Assembly: GCF_001194135.2 (NCBI RefSeq)
Contig: NC_068982.1
Coordinates: 159,295,729-159,359,728, forward strand
DNA: 64,000 nucleotides
Origin: Octopus bimaculoides
Taxonomy: Eukaryota
Direction: 5' to 3'
This document shows, in pieces, positions 51,393-64,000 of this stretch; positions within the stretch are counted from its first letter, which is position 1, and each line of letters begins with the position of its first letter. The notes below the pieces were generated by a model. It worked only from the letters and a program-made list of their open reading frames with translations. It made no database searches and was not told where the DNA came from. Made by a program: the position numbers and the translations under genes.

Positions 51393-53219
51393 CTGTGATT
51401 TAGAAACAATGTCCTATTTGATGACTCTCTTTATTCAAGGTGTTCTTGCATACATGAAAACGCTATATATCTAGAAGATCTGACACATCACAGTGGGCTT
51501 GACACAGCCACGTCTTCCAGACATGATGAATGCAAAAATAAAACTAAAAGTATTGAACTTTACAGCGAACAACCTATAATACCTAACCCTTGTAGAAAGT
51601 ACAATATACGAAGAAATCGTATAAATCACACATTAAACACTTAGAAAAGAGAATATATTTTCATTGATAAAGAAATGTTCTGGGTGCATTGTATCTGCGA
51701 TTCATGTCTTTAACCATATTTTTTCTAAACAACGGTTAAGCTTGAACAAAACAACTTCTACGATTTCTTAGTCCTACAAGATAGGACAGCATGTAAAGAA
51801 AAGATAATGAGCACTGTGCCGAGTTCAAAAACTAATGGGTTTTGTGTTAATCTTTCGTTCGAATAAAAATAAACAGCACCCGATGTGTGGGTATCTTTAT
51901 CTGATTCCACTCTGTTGCAAGATTTGTCACCAATTGTACTGAAACACATTAGTGAGCTTTACAGAAATGGCGATAAAGTGAAAGATTCACTGGTTTATAT
52001 AGAGCTAAAAATAGACAACTACAAATGATGTCATGCAACTAGTGAAATACTTATTTCCCAAACAATTTAGATATTAAAGAAAATTTTTATGTGTGGAGTG
52101 ACAGGCACCTGAAATGTTTGGAAATAACCTGCCTTTTCTACATTGATGTAAAGGTAGGTTCCAGAATTGCAAGATATCCCATATTTGTTTCATTCTCATG
52201 TCTTATTATGAAAAACATCTCAGTTGAGGAGAAAATCCATGATAGCATCTAAAGTTTATCAACTAATCATGGTATTGCATCTTTAGATCACTTTGTGAAG
52301 TTTTGCATTAGCACATCGAAGTTCATTGGCGATATCGGAGATGAGTTAAATCCACTTCTCTATTTTGCGCAACGTATTACATGCTTTCTCTGGATAAGTG
52401 AGAATGTGAACTTGTTTTTACATGGGAAACGCAGGAATTAGCTAAAATGTTGACCGATTTAGCTGGCGCTTACTCTTATATCAATGGAAACTTTGAAAGT
52501 TTGTGAAAATTTAAACCACTTCAAATAAAGTTTATCGATTTAGTATCAAAGGATGCAATAAGGCAATCACTCAAATTTCCATTCATTTGAAGGGATGAAT
52601 CATAATGCTGGATCTATAACTCCTATTGTGCATGAATAAAATTGTGACTCATTTGAAAGCTGTCAAAATCTTTTCATAGTAATTTTGTTGCCTGACACAT
52701 GAAGTTTTCTAGAAAATAAATCCTGACTCAATTTACCTATAATTATACGAAAATGTCCTACGATGATGAAATGAAGAAAGAGTAAATTGATTTACAGACA
52801 TGCGGAACTCGTGAATAACAATTTGAAATCATGCCTTTTTTGGTAGTTTTGACGTTAAAACTTTATATTCACAAAAGATGTTGGAAATACTCCCATCTTC
52901 TCATTCCATTTTTAAAGACAAACGTGAGCGAATCAGGAATAGGTTAACTTTTTCAGCCAATACAAAATGAAACATTCATGTGAAACGGTAGCTAGATATG
53001 AAGACAGTAATCATCGAGACATTTCCACGTCTTGATAAATTTATGCATGAGCAACAAGGCCTAAGATATTGCATTTTGTGCTCATGATATTGAATGACGC
53101 TACAGTTTATATAATTTGCTACCTGTTCCATGAGTAAGAAATACATTTTTAGTTAAGTTTCGTTAAGAGGAACACTTCATGTCTTCAATTAAACAAAAAG
53201 CAGAACAAAAATGAATATA

Positions 53220-53655
53220 CAGTAATCCCTCGCCATATCGCGCTTTATCTATCGCAGTGGACCTGCGAAAGTTTATTGTGGAAGCTTACGTCGATATCTC
53301 CGTGGTGTTGTTTTGCATTTATAATAAAATAAATAAATACAAATTATAAATTTTTTTTTTTTTAAATATACACTACAGTACTGTTTATTGCCCACAAGGG
53401 ACTAAACATAGAGGGGACAAAAAAAGGACAGACAAAGGGTTTAAGTCGATTACATCGACCCCAGTGCGTAACTGGTACTTAATTTATCGACCCGAAAAGG
53501 ATAAAAGGTAAAGTCTACCTCGGCGGAATTTGAACTCAGAACCCAACGGCAGACGAAATATCGCTAAGCATTTCGCCCGGAGTGCAAACGTTTCTGCCAG
53601 CTCGCCGCCCACAGTACAGTAATGTTTTTACTTCGCGATATTCGTGGGATTACTG
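53220..53655. mobile_element. Tigger/pogo-like MITE (Tc1/mariner superfamily) with TA target-site duplication
   Basis: Left end TA|CAGTAATCCCTCGCCATATCGCG; right end reverse complement TA|CAGTAATCCCACGAATATCGCG. Confidence 0.88.
53382..53610 (-). mobile_element. Full-length tRNA-derived SINE inserted into the MITE
   Basis: Minus strand ggcgagctggcagaaacg...gagttcaaattccgccgaggtagac...cgataaattaagtaccagttacgcactggggtcgatgtaatcgac...gggcaataaa. Apparent TSD acagtac at 53375-81 and 53611-17. Confidence 0.92.
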
Positions 53656-54841
53656 TAAACTAATTCACCTTCAAAAGTAGTAGGGACGATAGTTAATAAA
53701 ATGTTGGTTTCAAATATTTGACACAGGGCATGTAATTTGGGGGTAGAGTGTAAGTCGAATACATTGAAACCAGTATTCAAATGGCACTTGTTTTAACGAC
53801 CACGAAAGGATGAAATGTAAAATCGACCGTGGCGAAATGATAATTAATGAAATATTACCTGTAACCACATGGTGCTTTGAATATCTAAAGGGAAGAATAA
53901 AACGTATCCATGCAACTATATTTTGTTTTTGAGGGAAATGAAGAGTGAACAATTTGAAATATAAAGGATGGCAGGAATTTGACATCTGCCTTCTCGAAGA
54001 ATGAATTTTTGAGCAGGAAATATTGAGATTTGCAACAATGTAAAAATTACCACAAAATCAAAGTAAAGGAAATGAATACCAAAATATTCTTGGTTTTTAC
54101 ATTAACAAAATATCATATTTATCATAGTCATAAAAATATAGCTGTTCCATATATTGGATACATTGTTTTATATGTCTTTCGGCAAAATGAATTCGAGATT
54201 TTATTGTATCTTATTTACAGGTTATCTCTAAATTTACAATAATGTATTCTTACTAGAGTTTCATATTTTTCAGATTTACGCGGCTATATATACTAGCGGG
54301 TCCTGTGAATATTTCTCCTACTGTGTTATTACTGAAAACGTATTCTCAAAAACCTAAAAGCGTAGCATGTGTTGTATCTGTATGGAAAGATAGTCGCCCA
54401 TCTGCTACTCATTGAAAAGTGAAATAAATTGGATAATTAATACAGTTTATAGACACACATTATATACTTTATGCACAATTTTGTAGACTTAATACGAAGC
54501 ACTTATAAAATAAATATTCACACTTATGTTTCTATGTTACCCAGAAAGAAAAAATATCCTATACATATGATACAACCTTGAGTTAAATTGCAGATATCTG
54601 CCACGTAAAAAAGCGTATTTCACGGAATTGCACTTATGCGTTAAGTAATATGTCATATAAAAACTTAGTTCAATTAAAACAAATACACTTTTCACTATCC
54701 AATTACCACCATGCTCTGTATTTACCGAAGCCTTTACTCTAAAGCATTGTACATTGAGTTCTAATTCACTGTTAATATAGGAATACTTAAGCGAAATCAT
54801 AAGATCTCCCTCTCCCCTCCCCTCTCTCATACACACTCACT

Positions 54842-54884
<43 letters not shown>

Positions 54885-55516
54885 CACATACACATATGTA
54901 CTTACACACACGTACACGTACACGGGTGCTCACGCACACACTCACAGGCACACATGCATGCATACATGGCATACATAAGAAACACGTCTCTTGCTAAAAA
55001 AATTTAGCATTAGAAATGCACTCACTGATTTAATGCAGAAGATGTTGACACTAAATAAATGAAGTTTGGCAGCTGGTTTACTACCTGAACTATTACATTA
55101 TCTTACAGGTTAATATTAAAAAAATGATAAGACATGTTTTTCCTCACATCTGTTACAATGTACAGAGTGCAGACACCGAAGTGTTTGAAATATGCATATT
55201 TTTTCCTACTACCGATTCAATGAAATCTCTGCTTGCTTACACATTATGCTTGAAAGAGCCTTTACGTCTCCCTATCTTCTTGAAACAGAAATTTAATAGA
55301 CAATGTATCGCTGAGATTTCCTTCAACGCACGTTATATTGTCTTAAATGGTAATTATGAATAATGAGCTTATAGATGAAAAAGACTGTAAAGAAAATGAG
55401 ATTGTTGCAAGTATAACCGCTATAAGTAATTGTTAGTATAGAGGATATAGTCTATGGCATAGCATTTCTTTTCAATGTGCGTGTGTGTGTGTGTGTATAT
55501 TTATTTATTTATTTAT

Positions 55517-55552
55517 GTGTTTCAGCCAAGTGGCTGCGGTCATGCTGGTGCA
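55517..55552 (-). mobile_element. Short SINE/LINE 3' tail followed by (TAAA)n
   Basis: Reverse complement gcaccagcatgaccgcagccacttggctgaaacaca(taaa)n. Confidence 0.6.
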
Positions 55553-56067
55553 CATTATTGGTTATTAACACTGACATATAAAATTATATACATATAGGCT
55601 GAAAATGTATACATATTATTTAGCGACTAGCAGGAAACCAACTAAAGGAGCTCTTTCTGCTGCAGTGTATAACTGAGAGTCAAGCAGTATTTGCATACAG
55701 TATCTCGAACCAGCGGCAAATCATTCAACGGTTGCATGTACTACTAAAATCAAATTAAATATATATCGAAAATATATGATATCAACTTGGGAATTAACAC
55801 ATTTTTTAATTCAGCTCTATATAAAATACTCATGAACAGAACACGAGATTGTTTGATGTAGAATGTCTATTACTGTATATTCGCTTAAACAGACCGAAAC
55901 TGAGAATAAGGAAAATATAGGTATAAAATATATATCAAAAGTAGTTATACAACAACTGGTCACGCACGTTGCTAGAAATATCAAACCAATAAATCTATGT
56001 CACACCATGCTTGATCTTCTGGAAAAGGAGACGTTAGATAATGTAATGTATTCTGTCATGGCTAGAA

Positions 56068-56115
56068 TGCTATCATCATAAGTCAGCTTGATCACAGTTG
56101 ATCTGAGGTTAAAAA
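56068..56115 (-). mobile_element. SINE tail fragment
   Basis: Reverse complement ttaacctcagatcaactgtgatcaagctgacttatg; related to tttagccgcaggtcggtcctgatcaagcaaacc at ~34737. Confidence 0.45.
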
Positions 56116-56864
56116 CAATCCACAAATCAACAACACCTACAATCATACATGGAGGGTCGTATATGGTCCAGTAGGGACTAGATGTAATATGGAAACAACT
56201 TTCTTAAAAGGGAATCAGAAATCGGATAACATAGACGCGTAATTAGATTCTGGTTATTGCTAGAGTATTCTCATCAAAGGATTGTTAGAGGAAAGTGTTA
56301 GCCGAAGTTATATTACGCAGCAGGTGCAACCAGCTAACCGCAGATGTAAATGAAATGAAGTATATGGATGGCACAGATAATTTGAAATTATACTTTGTGC
56401 TCTAAAAATAATCGTTCATCAACCAGTTAAATTTGTTTTCTGAGCCAATGGGTAGGTTTAAAATAGTCATCCTCAGATTAAGTTTCATATAGACAGAATT
56501 TTGTTCAATCAAGAAATATCTGAGACAACTAATGTTGACAATTCACCATCTATTGAACGATTGACTGCCCTCTGAAAAGGTTATGGCGGAGAAGAGTGAT
56601 GCCCGATTGGTATAGAACGTAGAACACTAATAATGGAACAGGAAATTTGACGCCACTAATAATGGAACTGGATATATAACATCTATTACATACTGTACGA
56701 TGTAAGTATGATGTAAGCGTTTGGGATAATTTTGATAGTTCGCTTAAACCAAAAAAATAATTTAAAAAAAAATAATAAATAACAATATCCTATCAAAAGT
56801 AAATGTATTTGTTTTGAAATCAAAAAAAGTGCACTAGGTAATGGCGGGGAGATAAAAATCTATT

Positions 56865-57720
56865 GAAAGTAGACGCCTTCTGTTTACACCACGGCATCAA
56901 GACTGCTTCGGAACAAGGTGCATGCATTCCTCACGGTATCCCTGGGAAAATCTTGGAACACCTCCTTGGCATTGGCCAGTAGCTCGGCATTGATGTTGCA
57001 GGCAGAACGGTCGGTGTTTTTTGCAACTGAATCCCACGCCATCATCCATGAGATTATCTTCGTGTGAATTATTCTGCTACACTTATGGCCTTCGGGCAGC
57101 AACCCTCTGCAGTCAGGGTTCGTATACAGTTTTCTGTAGTAGTACAAAGCTGTCTGAATGGAGCCTAAATCTCTGTTCAAAGATGTAGGACGTTATGTTA
57201 CCACCTTCTCTGAATTCACACACACAACCCGTCACAGTTTGAGATAGCTTAGTTTTCATGACACATGGAACATCACATGGATTGCAAGCAAGCCACTTGT
57301 TCTTCTGAGTGTTACGCAACAGGTCCTACTTGATGTTTGTTTTTTTATTCGAGAGGAACTAGACCATCTCCCTCTTCAGTAGGATGCCTCAGTATGTGCA
57401 GGAACTTCTTTGGCTTTGACAAGTGGTACTCCCTGGTCGTGCAATTCAGAAGTCACTTACGCCTCTTGTATGAGTGGTAGCGACAGTCCTTATTCAGGGC
57501 CTGCTTTGTGGTGGTGACTTAAACACCCATCTCTCTCGCCACAGCCTGGATTCTCTCGTTCAGATCTTCCATCTCCTCGTTCTGCATTTGCTGGACGTAG
57601 TCCACCATGCGGACGCATTCACAACGCGTGTTTCGGCCCTTCTTGCTCGCCTATGTATTGTAGTTTCCATTGCCGCTGCCCATATCACGTATTGCAACGC
57701 TTACAATGTTCACAACGCTC
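56865..57720 (-). mobile_element. Tc1/mariner transposase relic (maT/DD37D-like by inference), internally deleted
   Basis: KQALNKD.RYHSYKRR...FLSNKK...NTQKNKWLACNPCDVPCVMKTK..QTV...IFEQRFRL...P*LQRVAARRP*V*QNNS [deletion] ...WDSVAKNTDRSACNINAELLANAKEVFQDFPRDTVRNACTLFRSSLDAVV. Confidence 0.85.
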
Positions 57721-60099
57721 TTATGTTGTTGAAAGTCTGATACCTGGCGCGAATCATCATGATATAAGTAACTCTCATTCAATATTCTTATGGTTTCCAG
57801 CCCTCCATTTTAGGTAACGTTTTCTCATCCACAACTTTAATTTTTGTAATCTCAAGAGCTATTGACTCTTCACTAATATATTAAAGATTTCCAAAAAATA
57901 GGCATATAAATATCGTCTGAATACTCTGTACACAGTAACGTACACTGGTCGACTTTCAGATGAATATAGAGATAGAGATGTTGATGATTATGATTTGATG
58001 TAGATGATACATTACGAAAGGAAGGAGAATTTGGGTAACATAGTCCTACATAAGCCTAATTATAAGAGATGTTCATAGAGGAAATACCTTTAGTCGTACG
58101 TTTCATAACGTTGCGTTTCAGAAACAATATCAACAACTGCTCCAATGTTAACAACACACACTACAGTAGAAAAACATGTTACAATACATGCGACTGATTT
58201 CTTTTGAATTAACTTTATATCTCTAAATTATTCTATCGATTGTTAAGTAACATTTTGAATAGAGGAATGATTTGCGATATGCTTGGGTTTTTCAAAAACC
58301 CATTGAAATGATGTGTGATGATCATGGAACAAAAGTTTTAAAATCTTCTGGTCAGTAACATTCTTCGTCAGCAATGCCAGAAGAGGCGGAAATTTTAAAA
58401 AATCTTTCGATGATTGAAAGAGAAAATGGACGCATACAGACCTACTTCTTGCTGAAGCAGGAACAAATTAATACGGAATCACTAGAGTTTTTAGAATACG
58501 ATTTGTTTTTAAGGGATATTAAGTGTTGGTGTAAAAGGTATCAGTTGGTTACAGTCATGCCAGCAATAAAAGTAGGATGACTGGGAACTAAGAGATCGAC
58601 TGACAATTCACTTCCAACACATAACTCATCACTACACACTACATTGACTGAAATAATCATTTCCTGTATCCCAGGAGTTGTCTCATCCGTAAATTGTATA
58701 GTAACTCATTCATAGAAACGTTCTACCCATTTGAAGTTGAAATTATCGTGATTTTGAAAAAAAAAAACCCCAGAAAATGTTGGTTTTAGATGCATCAAAT
58801 CAAACTTGTACGATAGTTGTAGCTCGTTCCTTAAATTGATAAAGTATTTCGTTCATACTTTCCGAGTTGACGTGCTTGTTTGTGTGGGTAACTACGTATG
58901 GTCAATATGCATGTGCATGGTCTTAAAGAAGCACAATCTTAAAGAACATCGTGGGCTATCGTGCTTGTTTGTGTTTGGGTATACTTTCAACGTTCTGAAA
59001 TAAACTAAATAGTGATCCGATTACCATGTTTCATTACTAGCGGAACACTGGAAACACTCTGTGACTATCGCAAATGCCAGAACTGTACATTTAGAGTACG
59101 CCACAATTTACTTTTCCATCGATGGTCGCTCTCAATGACACCTTGGCTGACAGAACCATTTCGGAGTGTGCCATCCATTATTTAGTTGTGGAATGTAAGA
59201 CAAGAGACGAAGGACGACTGTAGAAAACAGAGCAATTACACGTTCTTAAACAGCTATATTCATTTCAACCGGTGAAAAGAAATTGATAAATCGACAAGAG
59301 TTCTCATTATTGTTATATGAGGAAAATAGTTGAAGCGTTAGGTTAAGTGGTTTCTACGTTAAGACTGTGGCACCTTACATAAAATATCGTTTCCGTTATG
59401 AGAGTAGTGTCTAAGAGTAATTTATTACATTTACAGCTATAAATCCATAGGCCTAAGACGTGTATTATTGCACAAGTGTTTAATGATTCTCTCATTACTA
59501 GTTTGAAAGTTACTATAAAGATTAATGTTCGAAATTGTCTGCCGCATTTACCGAATGACGGAAAAGACTAATGTATTTTTCTCAATGTGTAATTATTTTT
59601 CTTTTACATATTTAATAATTCATGCATTAAATACGTCAACACTAACAAAATGTACATTTATTATGTAAACGCGAAAGCATGTTATACGATATACATATAG
59701 ATGCCACTTAGTATTTATGCTACTTAGTATTCATTTGAAGAGAAAATAAATTTATTAGTTACTTTTCTTGACGTAAAGTAGTTTGATCAATTTCGGAGTT
59801 ATTTCTTTCGTTACCAAGAGATTTAACAACTCGAATAAAAGCTTTTCTTCATATGAAATCGGTGAATGTGGATATATAGATAAAAATATGTCACATGAAA
59901 CACGGAAACGATATTCTCCTTCCCAACATTTTAATTCAATTAGTTGATTATAAATCGATTACATACAAAATTCCTAGGAGAGAGTTTTATTTCAAAGAAC
60001 TCTTATTAAGCCATCTATTTATAGGTAAATCAGCAAGGAAATGTTTATATCGATATCTAAGTTTGAAATATTGTTCGCAAGTATAGATACATACATACA

Positions 60100-60170
60100 A
60101 GGATGAATGTGCACGCACACACATACACATGCATATATACATAAATATAAATACACATATACATATATAA

Positions 60171-60218
<48 letters not shown>

Positions 60219-60240
60219 ATATACATATATGCACATGTTA
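60100..60240. repeat. (CA)/(TA) microsatellite block
   Basis: Direct reading. Confidence 0.9.
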
Positions 60241-61763
60241 TATATTGTTTTATAGTCTACCTTTTATAGTCTTTTTTTGTGGATAACATCTCAATATTTG
60301 CTACTTAAAAAGGATTTCAATTAAACGGCATCGACTGCTATTTAAGTATATACAACTAATGTCTGCACGTCCCATTTCCATAGTAAATCAATCAAAGTCT
60401 GGATACTGATCTATATTTCAAGAGAGAAGACTCAAATATAAGTGTATACTTTGTTTTATCAGCAGAACAGTCATTAGATAGATGATAATGATCCCACACG
60501 ACGATACAGTCTGATTTAGTATTTGTTCTATGATGGAGCACCGCCTTTAGTCGAATAAATTGACTCCAGGACTTATTCTCTGTAAGCGTAGTACTCATTC
60601 TATCGTTAGGTTACGGAGACGTTAACACGCCATCGGTTGTCAACTGATGGTAGAGGGGCAAACATAGAAACACAAAAACGCACATATATGTATATATACA
60701 TAAAATGGGCTTCTTTCAGTTTCCGCTGACACTACCTTACTCTTATTTTCGATCCACATATACTGTATTAATATTTCTCGCACCTTCAGTTGCGATGTTG
60801 CCTTTATTGAACTCATAAAGCAAAACATGTCGAATATGCTCCTTTGTCACTTCCATTATAGCTTTGAAAAAATATCTGTTAAAATCGAACTGCACACTTC
60901 AAAACCTGCACTAACAATAAGTACAAGGTAAAGTTACTACCTGCTTTTATAGCAAGCTGGCTTTTAGTTCATGCAATTTTTTTAAAAAATGCATTATTTA
61001 TGAGATGTCTCAGTAGATTTCATTAAATAATAGCTACCAACACTCATTCCTAAATGCCAAGATAGAAGGCCTACACTTTCAAATATGAAAGGAGCTTCTT
61101 GAACTGCCATATTTTTTAGGATGTGATCACTGCTGCATTTCTGTAAGGAATGCATCGAGTGGCAGAGAACATGCATAAAATTCGTGTTCTGTGTTACACT
61201 ACGGGTTGTAGAAATTCCACTTTGGTAATTGACGATTGAAGTTTCACACTGTCTAACTAATCCATCCACAATAATTACTTGTTCTCTGTGATCTCGGTGT
61301 GATATCAAATAGTAAATGTGACAGTTCCTACATGGGCAAAACAAATCTGTATCCACCTATGCGCATGTAGGTACACGTGCAGTATAAATAGAAATCATTG
61401 ACAAAAATTCGAAAATGGGTTATTCTGGGGGTTATACAATTACTATGGTGGAGAATCAAAAAGGCCATCTTTATTACGAAACTGAAGACCTCGGTCTACA
61501 TGAGACGAATTACTCATATTTCATTAATTAATTTAAGAAATCAATTCCGTGCATGTCACAGCCTTTTCATAAAACACCAAATTCATACTATCTCCTATTT
61601 TGTTCCCAGCGAAGGCCGCTAAATATCAAAATATAAGGTTAAATGGTTGTTCTGTTTCACTACTTTTGTTTCTAATCTTATATTTCAATTTGCATTTCAA
61701 TGACTTCCGAACAATATTAACTTTAAATGTTACAAAACCTGAAAGTACACTGCACATGTGTGT

Positions 61764-61813
<50 letters not shown>

Positions 61814-62199
61814 GGGCGTGCGTGCGTGCGTGCGTGTGTGCATGCATCTCTGTAGGGGGGTATGTATACCTCATCGTCACAGCTGTACTTCTTCGTTCAG
61901 CAAAACGTCTGAATAGAACAAGTACTGAGCTTGATATAACCAACTACTAATAATAAAAACTGTGGTCCAACATCATCCAATGACTTTAAAACGTACCAAA
62001 ATTATCCTTATGGTTTCACACACACACGCAAATGCAATCACACACACATACATACATACATACATACATACATACAAACATGCTCACATTGACATACACA
62101 TATATCGAAGCACTGCATTTGATACCTAATATACTTTCAACATGAGCCGTTTTAGTGAATCACTTCAAGAAATACGCTATTTTAGAAATGCACACACGT

Positions 62200-62315
<116 letters not shown>

Positions 62316-62930
62316 CAAAGAATTAAAATATAATCCAGCAATTCGTTTCAGTCACGTTTAGAATATTAAAGACATGCTCGTATTCGCCGTCGCCAATTTG
62401 TCTATAGGTCTTCCTTTTAACTGTCCAGCATTGTACTCGATATCCCGCACGGAATTAATTATGCTTCCACTCATAAACATTAAAATGTGTGTTGCTTTAT
62501 TTCCTTTCTGACGCATACATAGTTCTGTACAATTCTTACGTCTCTTATAGCGATATCAAGAAATCGCTGACATTTTGAAAAGTCCTATTAGGAAATATTA
62601 CTGTTTGACATCTCATTTTTAATATGAAATACGAAATAATTTGGATTCAATATAATATACTTTTTCTTTTTTTCTTTTCTATTTGCTTCAGATTAGTTTA
62701 TGAGCAGCTTTACAACATACAATGTAGTCTCTCTTAGGATGAAAACATAAAGTATAATGTGAGTCCTACGTATATTTTAGAAATTTTACTTTGTATATAT
62801 CTTCCTTTAATTATCGGTTCCTAGCACTATGTGTCTAACGCATGCATACACAATATAACTGTGTATGTGCTTGTGTCCTTGTAATTATATTATATACATA
62901 CATAGACCCATATACATATAAGCGAATATG

Positions 62931-62972
<42 letters not shown>

Positions 62973-63004
62973 AATGAATTTGAAAGAATTAGCAGCTTGT
63001 CAAT

Positions 63005-63240
63005 TGTCTCAATAACCCAAAATTATCTACGTCAAAGGATGGTTCTGCACAGATCACAGGTCAAAATTCCGAAAAACAGAAAAATAGCATTCAGCGAACA
63101 CATGCGAACATTTGCCAATAAATACCAACCAAGCTTCAGAATGTTCTCCCCTCTATGAATTCAGGGACGATACAACCTGCAGTCAGGGCATTAATAAAGA
63201 GTCATTCTTCATCATAAAATATAAACCCCATTTTGAATGC
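63005..63240 (+). mobile_element. Penelope-like element GIY-YIG C-terminal fragment (second lineage)
   Basis: NYLRQRMVLHRSQVKIPKNRKIAFSEHMRTFANKYQPSFRMF-PLYEFRDDTT...KESFFIIKYKPHF resembles the PLE pattern LR.RM..HR.QI......SEH......F..FP.Y.....KE..FI..FKP.LN. Confidence 0.75.
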
Positions 63241-63446
63241 ATTCCCCACAAATGACTACCACAAAGTCCTTAGAATAACACATACGCATATATTAAAAAC
63301 GATATATTCGAAACAATCACTTCACATAAATTTATTCAGAACAATTCCAATCACTACTATTCCAACCACAACGGGTCACTTCTAGGTCACTTGACCATTT
63401 ACGAGGATTCCACCAACATCCTGCTACTGTCATACCACTCCCGCAT

Positions 63447-63852
63447 TCTTCTTCTTCTTCTTCTTCTTCTTCTTCTTCTTCTTCTTCTTCTTCTTCTTCT
63501 TCTTCTTCTTCTTCTTCTTCTTCTTCTNNNNNNNNNNNNNNNNNNNNNNNNNNNNNNNNNNNNNNNNNNNNNNNNNNNNNNNNNNNNNNNNNNNNNNNNN
63601 NNNNNNNNNNNNNNNNNNNNNNNNNNNNNNNNNNNNNNNNNNNNNNNNNNNNNNNNNNNNNNNNNNNNNNNNNNNNNNNNNNNNNNNNNNNNNNNNNNNN
63701 NNNNNNNNNNNNNNNNNNNNNNNNNNNNNNNNNNNNNNNNNNNNNNNNNNNNNNNNNNNNNNNNNNNNNNNNNNNNNNNNNNNNNNNNNNNNNNNNNNNN
63801 NNNNNNNNNNNNNNNNNNNNNNNNNNNNNNNNNNNNNNNNNNNNNNNNNNNN
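63447..63852. repeat. (TTC)n followed by N-gap 63528-63852
   Basis: Direct reading. Confidence 0.95.
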
Positions 63853-64000
63853 CAAGGACGATTTTCTTCATTTTTGTGAACTGCATTGCCATAGATTGCA
63901 GTTGTATGTATGCATGCATGTGTGATTATGCATGCATATATATATATGCATGTGTGTACATTTACATGTATGTATTCTGCATATTCATGTTTGCATGTCC

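Noticed and set aside
54285-54310. actagcgggtcc as a minus-strand Helitron CTAG end
   Set aside because: No subterminal hairpin.
58090-58580. Possible transposase remnant
   Set aside because: No catalytic or family motif could be read in any frame.
60994-61356. 120-aa minus ORF with FMHVLCHSMHSL, faintly like the hAT CxxH motif
   Set aside because: A single short motif with no other transposase features.

Overview
AT-rich, microsatellite-dense animal DNA with five N-gaps, each abutting a simple repeat. The SINE sequences and repeat landscape look like an octopus genome (recognised from memory, not from a search). No host gene could be identified, and nearly all ORFs in the supplied track are microsatellite or shadow frames. 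The window is mostly decayed mobile elements: RLE-type (R4/Dong-like) non-LTR retrotransposon pieces embedded in (TAA)n and (ATAC)n arrays, an RTE fragment, two Penelope-like GIY-YIG fragments, three Tc1/mariner transposase relics, a Tigger-like MITE containing a SINE, a probable hAT relic, a probable Helitron end and several SINE families. Three things stand out. (1) At 47794-47871 there is a full set of hammerhead ribozyme core motifs with all three stems, in a strand order that matches none of types I/II/III. (2) At 36599-36778 a 5S rRNA-derived head is fused to a SINE-type 3' tail found elsewhere in the window. (3) At 44111-44425 (-) there is a Myb/SANT-like ORF, missed by the ORF track, whose only visible lesion is TAA at the first conserved Trp. 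Three weak candidate exons on the minus strand are also listed.
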